This document shows, in pieces, positions 44,398 through 56,233 of a stretch of DNA of 64,000 nt. A program made the translations under genes and the position numbers. Below the pieces are notes generated by a model. That model was given only the letters and a program-made list of their open reading frames with translations, did not search any database and was not told the DNA's origin. Source of the stretch: an uncultured Planctomycetaceae bacterium (lineage in GTDB: Bacteria > Planctomycetota > Planctomycetia > Planctomycetales > Planctomycetaceae); contig CAWFAK010000005.1 in assembly GCA_963813715.1 (NCBI GenBank), positions 1,248,001 to 1,312,000 on the forward strand. Direction: 5' to 3'. How positions within the stretch are numbered: the first letter of the stretch is position 1; every line of letters starts with the position of its first letter.

Positions 44398-44766
44398 GGC
44401 CGTCTCCGAGATGGGCAGGCAGGTAGGCGGGGGTCGAGGCAGGCAAGGCGGTAGGACGGATCGGCCGGTTGTCGATTGATCGGGCGGGGCCGATCATCAG
44501 GAAAGCCGACCGGAAAATCCGGCAAAAATCATTCTATCATGACCAATCAACGAATCAACGCACGCCGATCCGAAGTGGCCGGGGAGGAGGAATAGCAGGG
44601 CGCAAATCCAAATGCGGCTAAGCTGGAATCGTCCAATCCAACCGGTCATAATCAAGTGTGTTGATCCCACCGATATAAGTGGTATCCCGCCTCCCGCCCG
44701 TTTCGGAACCCCCTGTTCCGCCCGCCCCGACCCTCCGCCTGCCCGCCCGATCGGAGTACACATCCG

Positions 44767-47383
44767 ATGAATCCGGCGAATCTGCTACGACCGTCTTGCT
44801 CTCAGCATTCGGCTCGCTGTCGCCCCTTCCCGCTGCTGTTCGTCTCTACGAACCTCGTCGCGTCGGTTTTCCTGGCCACCGGTGTCGCGTCGGCCTCCCA
44901 ACCCGAGTCCGCGACCAAGTCGGCCAAGTCGGTGCAGAAGCAGAGCGGCATCGCGCCGACGTCGGCCATCGTGCACGGGCTGGCGGTCGAGCCGAAGCAG
45001 ATCGAGCTGGTCGGCAACTTCGCCCGAGCCCAGTTCGTCGTGTCGGCGGCGGGACCGTCAGGAACTGTCAGCCGAGCGATCGCCCGATCTCACGTCGGAC
45101 GCCTCGTTCGTGTCGAGCGACAGCAAAGTTGTCCGCGTCGACCCGCAGGGTGCCCTCTTTGCCGTCGGAAACGGCACGGCTGAAATCGTCGTTGCCTTGA
45201 AGGCGGCCCGCACGGCGCCGGCTTTTCACGTGTTGGTCACGGTGAAAGACGTGTCCGAGCGACCGACCGTCCACTACACGCGCGACATCGTGCCGATCAT
45301 CAGCAAGGCCGGTTGCAATATGGGGGCCTGCCACGCGTCGCAGTATGGCAAGGCGGGATTCAAGCTCTCGGTCTTCGGCTATGACCCGAGTCAGGACTAC
45401 CAGGCCATCGTCCGCGACCGCTCGCAGCGGCGGGTCAACTTCCTCGAGCCCGAACAGAGCCTGCTGCTGAAGAAGCCGACGCTGCAGGTTCCGCACGGCG
45501 GCGGCCGACGAATGAAGCTCGGCTCGACCGAGTTCGAGACGTTCGCCGCCTGGATCGCCTCGGGAGCCCCGGGACCCAGCGCCTCCGATGCGCAAGTGAC
45601 CCGGATCGTAGTAACGCCCGCCCGCAGGATCTCGACACCCAAGGCACGGCAACAACTGCGAGTCGACGCGTTCTACAGCGACGGCACGCACCGCGACATC
45701 ACCGCGCTCGCCAAGTTCGACTCGATGGACGAGGGCGTGCTGAGCGTCAGCCGCGACGGACTCGTCACGATCAACGGCAAGGGCCAAGCCCCGGCGCTCG
45801 TCCGCTACGAAGGCCAGGCGGCCACCTGCCTGTTCCTCGTCCCCTACGCGCCGCACGTCGAACTGGCGGGCTGGAAAAATCAGAACTTTGTCGACGAACT
45901 GGCCTCGGCCAAGTTTCGCGAGCTAGGAATCGAGCCGTGCGGACTCTGCAGCGACGCGGCCTTCCTGCGACGGGCCTATTTCGACGCCACCGGCACGCTG
46001 CCCACGCTCGACCAGGCGCGGGCCTTCCTCTCGTCGAAGGACCCGCAGCGACGAACCCGCCTGATCGACAGCCTGCTCGGGCTCACCGGCGACCCGCAGC
46101 TCGACGTGCACAACGATGCTTACGCCGCCTGGTGGACGCTCAAGTGGTCCGACCTGATTCGCAATCAAAGCAATGATCTCGGTGAACAGGGAATGTGGGC
46201 CTTCCACAACTGGCTCAGCGAATCGTTCCGCTCGAACAAGCCGTTCGACCACTTCGTCAAAGAACTGGTGACGGCCAAGGGGTCGATCTACAGCGTCGGG
46301 CCGGCCAACTTCTTCCGCGTGAACGCCAACCCGCAGGATTGTGCCGAGTCGACCGCTCAGCTCTTTCTCGGCGTCCGACTGGGCTGTGCGAAGTGTCACC
46401 ATCATCCGTTCGAAAAGTACGGACAGGACGACTACTACTCGTTCGCCTCGTACTTCGCCCGGGTTGGCAGCAAGCCGAGCCAGGAATTCGGACTGTTCGG
46501 CCGCGAGTCGGTCGTGATGGTCCGCGCGAACGGCGAAGTCAGCAATCCGCGCACCGGCCGCGTGCTCAAGCCGAAGCCGCTCGACGGCCCGGCCGTGGAT
46601 GATCCCCTCGATCGGCGTGCCGCGCTGGCTCGCTGGCTGACGTCTCCCAAGAACGACTACTTCGCGAAGTCGGTCGTGAATCGCTACGTGTCCTACCTGC
46701 TCGGCCGAGGACTCGTCGACCCCGTGGACGATCTGCGGGCCACCAATCCGCCGAGCAACCCGGAACTGATGGACGCGCTGGCCAAGCACTTCGTCGACAG
46801 CGGCTTCGACCTCAAACAACTGTTGCGGGTACTGATGACGTCGCGACTCTATCAGCTCGATTCGCAGCCGACGCCGGCCAACCAGGCCGACCGCCGGTTT
46901 TACAGCCACTTCACGGTCAAGCGTCTGGCGGCCGAGGCCCTGTTGGATGCGGTCGATGAAGCAACCGGCACGCCGACCAAGTTCACCAGCCTGCCGCTGG
47001 GAACGCGGGCCATCGAGCTGCCCGACGCCGAGTATCAGGATTACTTCCTCAAGACCTTCGGCAAGCCGGTCCGGGCGAGCGTCTGCGAGTGCGAGCGAGC
47101 GCCGGATGAAAGCCTGTCGCAGGCCCTGCACACGCTGAACGGCGACATCGTCACGGGCAAGATCGGCGCAGCGGCCGGGCGGATTGGCCGGTTGCTGACC
47201 GCCAAAACCGGCCCGGAGAAAACGATCGACGCGATTTACCTCGCCACGCTCTCACGTTACCCGACGGCGGACGAACGGCAGAACGTGGCCCGCTTCCTCA
47301 AAGAGAGCAAGACGCCCCGCGAATGCTACGAGGACCTGCAATGGGCCCTTATCAACTCCAAAGAGTTCTTGTTCGTGCATTAG
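44767..47383 (+). CDS. DUF1549/DUF1553 protein with Ig-like domains (frameshift near 45065)
   Basis: GCNMGACH, FLRRAYFD, CAKCHHHP, DPVDD..NPPSNPELM, CECER, WALINSKEF. Confidence 0.93.
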
Positions 47384-47422
47384 GCCGCTGACCCATCGGA
47401 GCATCGACTCGAAAGGCCGCGA

Positions 47423-49741
47423 ATGATTCGACGCATTGTCTTCGGGGCGCTGGCCGCGCTCTGTGCCGCCACGGCAGCCCGGGCTGGCAACTCCTATCCC
47501 ATGGTGATGAGCCTGCAGCCGGTCGCCATTCAGGCGGGCACGTCCGCCGAAATGACCGTGCGCTCCCGCTATTCGATGGAGGGCGCCTACCGCGTGCTGA
47601 TCAGCGGCAACGGCGTGACGGGTCAGGTCGAGCCGACACCCACCTCGGTGCCGGCCACGCGCGACCGCAAAGGCCACGTCCCCCGCCAAGAGCGCGATCG
47701 CCGCGAAAACTGCCGCGATGACGAAAAAGCCGAGCAGCACCGACAAGAGCGTCGCTTCCACCAGCAAGCCGCCGACGTCGACGGCCGGAAATAAAACGGC
47801 GAAGAAATCGAACGCCTCGGGCAAAGCTGCCATCGTCCAAAAAGCGTCGACCAGCAAGAAGGCTGGAGCGGCGCGCGCCCGGCGTCGACCGGCGGCGGAC
47901 ACGCTGACCGTTCGCTTTCATGCCGACGCCGACGCGCTGCCGGGCGTGCGCGACTTTCGCATCGCAACGCCTCACGGAGCGAGCACCGTCGGGCAAATCG
48001 TCGTCGACGGCGGATCCGGTCATTGCCGAGACCGACGGCGACAACAACTCGCCGGAGACAGGCGCAGCCCATTCGGCTGCCGGCGGCCGTTTGCGGCACG
48101 ATCGACCGGATCGAGGACCGCGACTACTACAAGTTTCACGTCGAAGCCGGCCAGTCGCTCGTCTTCCGCGTCCGCGGCATGCTGCTCGAAGACCGCATCC
48201 ACGATCTGCAGAACCATCTCGACCCGATCCTCACGCTCCGCGCACCCAACGGCTCGACGCTCGCCGTCGCGGACAACGACATCGCCGGCGACCCGCTGCT
48301 GTGTCAGCGGTTCGAGCGGGCGGGCGACTACACGCTCGAGATCCGCGACGTGCGGTACAAAGGGGACCCGAATTGGGTCTACTGCGTCGAGATCAACGAT
48401 CGGCCTTTCGTCCGCGCGCTCTTTCCGCTGGCGGTGGCCGCGGGAAAAACGGCCGCGTTCCGCCCGATCGGCTATCAGCTCCCCTCAGCAGGCCCGTTCG
48501 CGTGGTCCGTCCCCGCGAATTGGAGCCCGGGCCCGCACGACGTGCAGTTACCGATCGGCCACGCGTTGGCGAACCCGGCCGAGGTTGTCGTCGCCGATGT
48601 GCCGCTCGTAGACGAAGCGCCCGCTCGCCACGATACGGCCCAGACCGCGCAGCGAGTCGACACGCCGGTAGGAATCAACGGCCGGCTGTTGAAAGAAGGC
48701 GAGAGCGACGTCTTTGCCTTCCGCGCCAAACGAGGGCAGGCCCTGACCTTCGAGGTCGTTTCCCGCCGCGCTGGGTCGCCGCTCGACTCGGCCCTCCGCA
48801 TCGTCGACAGCCGCGGTCGCACCCTCATGGAAGGGGACGATTCTCCCGAAGAGGGCCGGCTGTCGGCCGACGCGCTGATCGAAGGCTGGAGCCCGCCCGC
48901 TGACGGCGTCTACTCCGTCGAAATCCGCGACCTGTTGCAGCGGGGCGGAGCAGAGTTCGTCTACTTCCTCAAAATCACCCCGGCCGAGCCTCGGTTCGAA
49001 TTAAGACTCGACACGGACAAGACCGAGCTGTCGCCAGGCACGAGCAGCGTGATCTTTGTCAGCACCATCCGCCGCAACGGTTTCGACGGCGACATCGCGC
49101 TCTCGGTCGATGGCTTGCCGCCGGAAGTCACCACCGTCTGTGGCCGCATCCCCGCCGGTCAGCGCGACGGCTGCGTGATTCTCACCGCATCTCCCAAGGC
49201 CAAGCCGGCGATCAACAACATTCAGGTCCATGGCAGGGGCACACAGAAACGGAGCGACGGCACGAAAGCCGCACTCACAGCGGTCGGGTTGCCGATGCAG
49301 GAGATTTATCTTCCGGGCGGCGGACGCGGGCACATGCCCGTCGAGTCGCACGCGGTCGCCGTGGGAGCGCCGGGCGACATCCGCTCGGTGCGGCTCAGCA
49401 CCGATTCGCTCACGCTTAAACCCGGCTCGATGGCGCGCGTGGACGTCACCATCGAACGGGCGCCGGGATTTACAGACAACGTGACGCTCGATCCGAAGTT
49501 CGACCACCTGAGCCAGATCTTCGGCGACACGCTGCCCGCGGGAGTCGACATCGACGCCAAGGCCAGCAAGACGTTGCTGGCGGGCACCGAGACGCGCGGC
49601 TACCTCACGTTTCGCGCGTTGCCGACGAGCAAGCCGGCGGAGCGTCGCCCCGTCTCCGTGATGGCCAATGTCTCGATCAACTTCGTGATGAAGACGACGT
49701 ACAGCAGCCAGCCGCTCTTCGTCACTGTGCTTTCCAAGTAG
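47423..49741 (+). CDS. Secreted PPC-domain protein of the DUF1501/DUF1553 cluster (several frameshifts)
   Basis: Signal peptide, PGVRDFRIATPHG, DRDYYKF, LDPILTL, INGRL...DVFAF, LDSALRI. Confidence 0.85.
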
Positions 49742-49777
49742 CGGTGGGCGGGCCGGCGTCCGTCAGGCTTGCCGAAC

Positions 49778-50952
49778 CTATTTATGCGATTGGCGCGGCG
49801 ACTGGGCGCGCACGATCACGTAATTGCTCAGCCACTCGGTGGCGACCTGTGCGAACCACATCGGCAGATGTTCTTCGTACCAATCCGTGCGCTTCGTTAC
49901 GAACAGCGCCGTGCCCGACGGTTTGAGCGCCGGGCCGCGCAGGCGGCAAAGAGTTCCGCGATCCGAAAATTCGAGTAGTAAGGCGGATTGGCCAGCGACG
50001 AGGTCGAACTCCGCGGCTGGGATCTCGCCCCCCGTCTGCGATTCGGCCGTGCTCAGCCGCACGTCGAGATTGGAGATCGCGTTGAGTTGCGCGCCCCGCT
50101 CGGTGCACTCGACGGCCCGCGGATTCGAATCGACGGCGAGCACGCGCACGCCGGGAGCGCGGAGGGCCGCCGCCAGCGAGACGACGCCCGATCCGCAGCC
50201 GAGTTCCAGGACGTACTGCCCCGCCTCGATCGTGGCTGCCCGCAGCAAGGCCCGCGCACCGCCGTCGACCTGCCGATGACTGAAGACGCCCGGGCGGCTG
50301 ATGGCATGGATCAGCCGGCCTTCATCGCGGAACGCCAACGCACACTCGAAGTTCTTCACTTTCTTCAGTGGCTCGGTCTTCGTCGCCTTAAAGAGCGTTC
50401 CCTGTTCGCTGGCCCGCCGCGTGACTTTCGCGAACAGCTTGCGCATTTCGGCGTGCAGCCAGGTGTCGGTGGAATTGTCCGTTGCCGCCAGCATCGTGCC
50501 GCCGTCGCGGAGCCGCTCGTGCCCCGCCTGCAGCCGGTCCCGCACTAATTCGGCTTCGCCGGAGGTCGAGGTGGGAATGGCGACCGCGTCGAAGGGGCCC
50601 TCCGGGAACTCTGCGGCGCATTCCAGTCGCAAGTTGGCGGGGAATTCCGTCTGCCGCAGCCGGGTTTGCTCGAGCGCGTACTGATCGAGAAAAGAACAGC
50701 ACACCTGCTGACTCGTGAGTTCGCCTGGGCGGCGGCGATCGCGAATTGGCCCCGGCCGAGCGACGTGCAGAGAATTCGGCCCGGCGTGAGGTCGGGGAGC
50801 GCGTCGATCAGGATCTGTTCGGCCGGACGCGGCGCCAGCGGAGCGCGCTCCGCCTCTTCGTTCTCCAAATCGGAGTCGGGCAGTTGCTCTCGTTGCTGCT
50901 TCGATCGGCGTGATTCTGAGCGGCGTGATTCTGACTGGCGGCGGCGTGACAC
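49778..50952 (-). CDS. RsmC/RlmG-like class I SAM methyltransferase (frameshifts)
   Basis: PGVFS..VDGG, LELGCGSG, ANPPY in alternative frame; GTG start just after the upstream stop. Confidence 0.85.
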
Positions 50953-50953
50953 G

Positions 50954-52178
50954 TCAGGCGACCCGGCAGACGTAGCACTTGAGGTACCCGCTCTCGAGGC
51001 AATGCACCGAGATCGGATGGTCGGGCGCCTGGCCGCGCGACTCGAGAATCTGGATCGGCCGGGCGCGTCCGCTGCGACACGTCGGCGAGCATGGCCACGA
51101 AGTCGTCGCGGCCCACCAGGCCCGAGCAACTGCACGTCACCAGGAATGCCGCCCGGGCCGGAGCACCTTTACGGCCAGCTCGTTCAGGCTGTGGTAGCCG
51201 CGGAGGGCCTTCGCCAGGCCGGCTCGATGGCGGGTGAGCTTGGGCGGGTCGAGGATCACGGTGTCGAAGGTTTCGCCGGCCGCTGCCAGGCGTTCGAGCG
51301 CCGCGAAGGTGTCGGACTTCTCGAAGTGGATGTCGGCCGAGACTCCGTTGAGCTCGGCATTGGCCCGCGCCAGGGCGAGCGCCGGCTCGGACGAGTCGAC
51401 GGCATGGACCGCGCGGGCCCGGCCGTGCTTGAGGGCGGCAATGCCGAACGCGCCCGTGTAGCAGAACAGATCGAGCACGCGGTGGCCGGCCACATAGCGG
51501 GCGGCCGCCAGGCGGTTCTCGCGCTGGTCGAGGTAGAAGCCCGTCTTGTGTCCCTGCGTGACGTCGACCCCAAACCGCAAGCCGTTTTCGACGATGAACA
51601 GCGGCCGCGGCGGCTCGACTCCGCGGGCCAGGCCGTCGGCCAGTTCGAGCCGTTCGCTCTCGCGCATCCCCTTTTCCGTCCGCAGCCAGATGCCCTTAGG
51701 TTTGAGGCGGCTCTCCAGCAGGTCGAAGATCGTCTCCCGCCGCTGCCAGAGTCCCAGTGCCGTGAATTGCACGAGCAGCCAATCGCCGTAGCGATCGACA
51801 ACCAGGCCCGAGAGCCCGTCGGCCTCGCTAAAGACCAGTCGGCAGGCGTTCTCCGCCTCGAAGGGACCGTAGAGCGACTGCCGCAGGGCGACCGCCGCGT
51901 CGAGCCGCGCTCCCCACAGTTCGCCGTCGAGCGGCTGTCCCTCGGTCCACGAATACAGTCGGACGCGGATTTGGCTGGCCGGGTTATACAAGCCGGCCGC
52001 GATGAACTGGCCGTCGGCCGCGTAGAGGGCGACGTCGCTACCCGGCGGCGGGTTCGCCATCGATGCGGTCGATCGCGCCGGCAAAGACCCAAGGGTGGTG
52101 GCCGAAGAACGGCAGGGCGCGCCGCGGCTTGAGGCGAACCTGGGGCGCCGACTTCGGTTCAGAGGCAAGGGTAGACAC
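50954..52178 (-). CDS. rlmI: RlmI-like rRNA methyltransferase (frameshifts)
   Basis: [48 protein letters not shown]....E..YLK. Confidence 0.88.
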
Positions 52179-52214
52179 GAGAGGTGACTTTTCGCGGAAA
52201 GTGCAGGCGAACGA

Positions 52215-52688
52215 TTAATGGGCCTGGACGCGGGGCCGATACAGTTCGATTTCGGCCATGTACGCCAGCAAGCGATCCCGCTCGTTCGTCAAGTGGCGCA
52301 CGCGTAGCAGCGACTTCACGCGCGTCTTCAGTTCCAGGTTATTGACGGGCTTGGTCAAAAAGTCGTCGCAGCCAGCCCGCACCGCCTTTTCGATGTCCCC
52401 CTGCTCATTGAGGGCGGTCACCATCAAGACGGGAATATCCTTCGTGCGCGGGTTCGACTTCATCCACTGGCAGACTTCGTACCCGCTGAGTTTGGGCATC
52501 ATGATGTCCAACAGGACGAGGTCGGGCTGAAACTCCTCGACCCGCTTCATCGCCTGCTGGCCGTCGTAGGCGACCGCCAGTTCGTAGCCCTCGTCGGCCA
52601 GGTAAGCGTCGATCAGTTCGCAATTCTGGACGTTGTCGTCCGCGATCAGGATCTTCGATGATGCGGATTTGGTTTCGTCAAATGTCAT
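52215..52688 (-). CDS. Stand-alone response regulator receiver
   Basis: ILIADD, LLDIMMP, MVTA, DFLTKP. Confidence 0.93.
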   Translation of the reverse strand: MTFDETKSASSKILIADDNVQNCELIDAYLADEGYELAVAYDGQQAMKRVEEFQPDLVLLDIMMPKLSGYEVCQWMKSNPRTKDIPVLMVTALNEQGDIEKAVRAGCDDFLTKPVNNLELKTRVKSLLRVRHLTNERDRLLAYMAEIELYRPRVQAH

Positions 52689-52844
52689 GAACGGGCATCC
52701 CTGCTGGAGCGTTTCGATCGACGCACGATCGCTCGACTGAGAGGGAAACGGACTAGGCTCCTCGAACAATTCGCGCGTAGGTCGGGCATTCCTTGCCGGC
52801 CTGATCCTGCTGGCGATGATAAGTCGTCAGGCGCTGCCCGCCGA

Positions 52845-53498
52845 TTATATGTCGAGGTTCGGCCGGGTGGTACCCCGTGGCGGTGTGGCCGCGATCAACC
52901 GCCGCAGGAGCAGTTCGTTGACCCGCCCGCGGAACCGCACCTTGCCGTCGAATTCGACGACCGGCACACAAGTCGTAAACCGCTCGACGAGCACAGGATC
53001 GCCGTCGATATCGACCTCCCAGATCGGGGGCAGCCAGGCCGCGTACTTCTCGAGCGTGGCCCGCGCCTCCTCGCAAAGATGGCAGCCGGCGCGGGTATAG
53101 AGGATCAGACGCGAGAACCGCGGCCCCACGGCCCCGAGTTCCCGCAGCGCCGCGTCCCACTTAGCTCGGGCGGGATCGCGCGGACCGCCGGGGAGACTCG
53201 CCGCCTCGCCACTCGAGTCGCGCAGCAAGTACCAGCCGCTCGCCAGGGCGATCAGGCCGCCAGCGACCCACAGGCTGCGGTCGGTGTACCAGGACCGGGG
53301 CATCGCCAGGGGTAGCTCCCGGTCGACTAGCAACAGTGTCAGTAAGCCAAGGCCCAAGAACAGGAGGACCGAACCGAGCACCGTGCGACGGTGTACCGCG
53401 GGCGCATCGGCCTCCGCCGGCCCGCGCTCCTGGGGCCCCTCGGGCAAACGATCCGGCGGGGGTTCAAGGTTGTCGATCGACATCTCGGCGTGATTCAC
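52845..53498 (-). CDS. Membrane-anchored glutaredoxin-like protein
   Basis: Two TM helices, then YTRAGCHLC, VDID, CVPVV. Confidence 0.8.
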   Translation of the reverse strand: MNHAEMSIDNLEPPPDRLPEGPQERGPAEADAPAVHRRTVLGSVLLFLGLGLLTLLLVDRELPLAMPRSWYTDRSLWVAGGLIALASGWYLLRDSSGEAASLPGGPRDPARAKWDAALRELGAVGPRFSRLILYTRAGCHLCEEARATLEKYAAWLPPIWEVDIDGDPVLVERFTTCVPVVEFDGKVRFRGRVNELLLRRLIAATPPRGTTRPNLDI

Positions 53499-53924
53499 TG
53501 CGGAAACCGTGCATCGGGCACTGCGCGGACGACGGGCTGGGCAAGCTGCGGCAACCCAACGGACGACGTCATTTTACGCGCCTCCCGGCAGTGCGAGCAG
53601 TGTCTCCTACGAACACGTGCCGCCGTCCTGCAATTTATGCTGGAAGTAAACGCTGGCGGTAAGCGCCGATCGGGGGCAGGAGGGTCGACCGGGGCGGCAC
53701 GCCTACCGCCTCATCGCGCGACGCGTAGCCTTTCCGATCGGGCAGCCGTTGTGCGGCGACGTTCGTGGCGGCTCGACAGAATCCGAGTTTCTCACCCTCG
53801 CGAGAAACTCAGCTTGCATTCCCGATGCGCCGATGGCATCGTATCGCCAACGAGCCGAACTTTCTGCGATTCGGGTTCCGAGCCGCAAGAAACCGGTCGC
53901 GGAAGTAGGCTGTGGGCCACTCGC

Positions 53925-54392
53925 ATGGATCCCATTGCCGTCGCCACCAGCGCCTTTCTGGTCGTCGGCCTGCGGACCCGCACCACAAATCGAATCGAGG
54001 CCGTCCCCGAGATGGCCAAGATCTCCCCTTTGTGGCGGCGGTTCTGCGCGGACGATGTCTCGAACCAGATTCCCCATCGCCTGCCCGACTCCCCGGAAAT
54101 TGTCGCCGTCTACTTCGATTACGAAGGCGACTACCGGGGCCAATATTCACTGATCGTCGGGCACAAAGTGACGTCGCTCGACAACGCTCCCAAAGGGATG
54201 GGTGGCGTGCTTGTTCGCGCCGGACGCTACCTGCGGTTCCCGGCCGAGGGGCCGATGCCCGTCGCGCTCGTCGACGCCTGGAAGGGAATCTGGCAGTTCT
54301 TCGATCTCTCGCACGAGTACGAACGGGCCTACGCCACCGACTTCGAGGTCCACGGCCCCAACGCCGTGGAAGTCTACATCGGAGTAAAGTGA
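53925..54392 (+). CDS. GyrI-like small-molecule-binding protein
   Basis: VVGLRTRTTN, I..LW.RF, Y.DYEGD, AW..IW, RAYATDFE, VEVYIGVK. Confidence 0.88.
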   Translation: MDPIAVATSAFLVVGLRTRTTNRIEAVPEMAKISPLWRRFCADDVSNQIPHRLPDSPEIVAVYFDYEGDYRGQYSLIVGHKVTSLDNAPKGMGGVLVRAGRYLRFPAEGPMPVALVDAWKGIWQFFDLSHEYERAYATDFEVHGPNAVEVYIGVK

Positions 54393-54473
54393 CAGCCGGC
54401 GTGAAGTGACGGCCAGCGTGAATTGACGCAGGCCGGACTCGTTCTCGCGTTGCGATGGAAAGCGAACAGCCGC

Positions 54474-55439
54474 TTAACGCCGTGTGACCCGCGGCACGCT
54501 CAAAGTCACAAACTCGACGGAGGAGTCTTTCCCCTCCTCCATGCTGGCTCCGCCCACAACCACCAGCGACGAGCCTCCCGCGCACAGCAACCGATGGAAG
54601 AAACGCGGTCGGCTGAGTCGGCCCGCTTCGTTCCAGCTCTGGCCATCGTCGGAGAGCCGCGAAATTTTTCCAGCATAGGTCGTGGCGAAGAGTTGTCCTC
54701 CGCAAGTCACCGCGCAGCCGCCGAAACCCTCCAGCCCCTCGCCCGGCAGCTTCGGGCCGGTCGACCACTTGTGCGTCGCTAAATCGAGGACGTAGGTGGT
54801 CGTCGTCGGTCCGCCCTGCTCCTGCATCCCTCCCAGCACATACACCTTGTTTTGTGCTTCACCCACGGCCAACGCGCGGCGATGAAAGGGGGCCTTGGAG
54901 ATTTGTTCCCACGTTGGACGGTCGGTTGATAAGTCGGCAGCCAGGACCGTGTCGTCCCAGACGCTCGGCTCGTTGCCGCGAAGCTCCCAGCCGCCGACCA
55001 CGATCAGGCGGCTGCCGACGACCACGGCATCGTGCGACGAACGTCCCTTGGGCAGCGGCGCCAGAGATTCCCAGTGTCCCGACGCCGGATCGAAGCGGCT
55101 GAAGTCGGGCACCGAGTGCAGGTCGGACTTTTGTCCTTCCTTGTTGCGGGCCTCGAACCCGCCGATCCGGTAGATCTTCCCGCCGTAAGAGACCATCGCC
55201 AGCCCGGCTCCGCGGGGGACGATGCCCAACGCTTCCCACTTGTGCGGCGAGCGCAGGTCGAGTCGCAGAAACTGGTCGGACTGCCCTTCGCGACTGTATT
55301 CGTGCGCGGGACCTTTTTGGCCCGCGCAGACATAAAGCTGCTGATCAACCAGCGCGGCGCCGAAGCTCGTAATCCCAAACGGAAGGTCTGGCAATGCGTG
55401 ATCCTTGTTGCGCGACTGCACCTTGACGGAGGTCCGCAT
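54474..55439 (-). CDS. Kelch-repeat protein (possibly C-terminal half of a fusion with the upstream ORF)
   Basis: ITSFGAA, IYRIGG, RSSHDA, LIVVGG, VYVLGG, PRFFH. Confidence 0.88.
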   Translation of the reverse strand: MRTSVKVQSRNKDHALPDLPFGITSFGAALVDQQLYVCAGQKGPAHEYSREGQSDQFLRLDLRSPHKWEALGIVPRGAGLAMVSYGGKIYRIGGFEARNKEGQKSDLHSVPDFSRFDPASGHWESLAPLPKGRSSHDAVVVGSRLIVVGGWELRGNEPSVWDDTVLAADLSTDRPTWEQISKAPFHRRALAVGEAQNKVYVLGGMQEQGGPTTTTYVLDLATHKWSTGPKLPGEGLEGFGGCAVTCGGQLFATTYAGKISRLSDDGQSWNEAGRLSRPRFFHRLLCAGGSSLVVVGGASMEEGKDSSVEFVTLSVPRVTRR

Positions 55440-56233
55440 CAGCTTCGACCGTTTTGCGACGGCCGCCCGCGGAGCGCCGCCCCTGGAGTGCCCGCCCCCG
55501 CAGGAACCGTGCGGGCCGTGACTTCGCGGCTCGGTTCGCCGACGTACGTGACCACCAGCGTACTATAGTGGCGAATGTTAGCGTACTTCTTCCCGCCGTG
55601 CGTGCCGGCGACCGGTTCCACATGTTTGGCGCGAAAGGCGTAAATACCAGGCTCGCTCGCTGCGATCGCGTACGAGCCGGACGCGTCGGTTTTCCCGTCG
55701 ATCTTTCGCTGTCCGGCGGCTTCTCCCTTCATCTCGGCGTCGGCGAGCGGTTGCCCCTTCCACAGCACGCGAACGACAAGCTTTCCGTCGGCAAGCGCGG
55801 GAACCAGTTCGAGCGGGAGCTGCTGCTTAGACGCCGGCGGCTGCCACTGATTGCGGGCCGAAGCGGGATACATCCGGCTGTAGTAAACGAGCAAGCTCGG
55901 CTCGCCGCCGCGGCCGAACAAACCGTAGGTGTGGTTGATGCTGAACGATTGGGCCGGCGCGGTCGCCACGGGGATGGCCACGATCGACTGCTTCCCGATG
56001 ATGGTTTTCAGGTCGTGCGACTTCCCGTCGACCGAGATCTCACTCAGCTTCAGTCCATCCAGGCGCGACAGCAGCGACGGATCGTCGGCCTCGGGAGTCT
56101 CGCTGAAGTAGACGTGGACTTGCGACTCGTGCGGCGAGGAATCGGGGGCGATCCAGAGAAAGTGAGCCTCGGCACGAGTGGCGGTCGCCACGGCGATGGC
56201 CGCCCACAACACGGTCGTTCGGGAAGAAAGCAT
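55439..56233 (-). CDS. Secreted DUF4198-like protein
   Basis: Signal peptide AEA-HFLWI, LELVP, VLWKGQPL, KTD..G, GIYAFRAKH, YSTL. Confidence 0.75.
   Translation of the reverse strand: MLSSRTTVLWAAIAVATATRAEAHFLWIAPDSSPHESQVHVYFSETPEADDPSLLSRLDGLKLSEISVDGKSHDLKTIIGKQSIVAIPVATAPAQSFSINHTYGLFGRGGEPSLLVYYSRMYPASARNQWQPPASKQQLPLELVPALADGKLVVRVLWKGQPLADAEMKGEAAGQRKIDGKTDASGSYAIAASEPGIYAFRAKHVEPVAGTHGGKKYANIRHYSTLVVTYVGEPSREVTARTVPAGAGTPGAALRGRPSQNGRS

Noticed and set aside
50906..50935. CGGCGTGATTCTGA tandem repeat in the methyltransferase N-terminus
   Set aside because: Two-copy in-frame micro-duplication in a disordered tail
54389..54428. 17-bp tandem repeat after the GyrI-like gene
   Set aside because: About 2.5 degenerate copies that include the stop codon; likely local slippage
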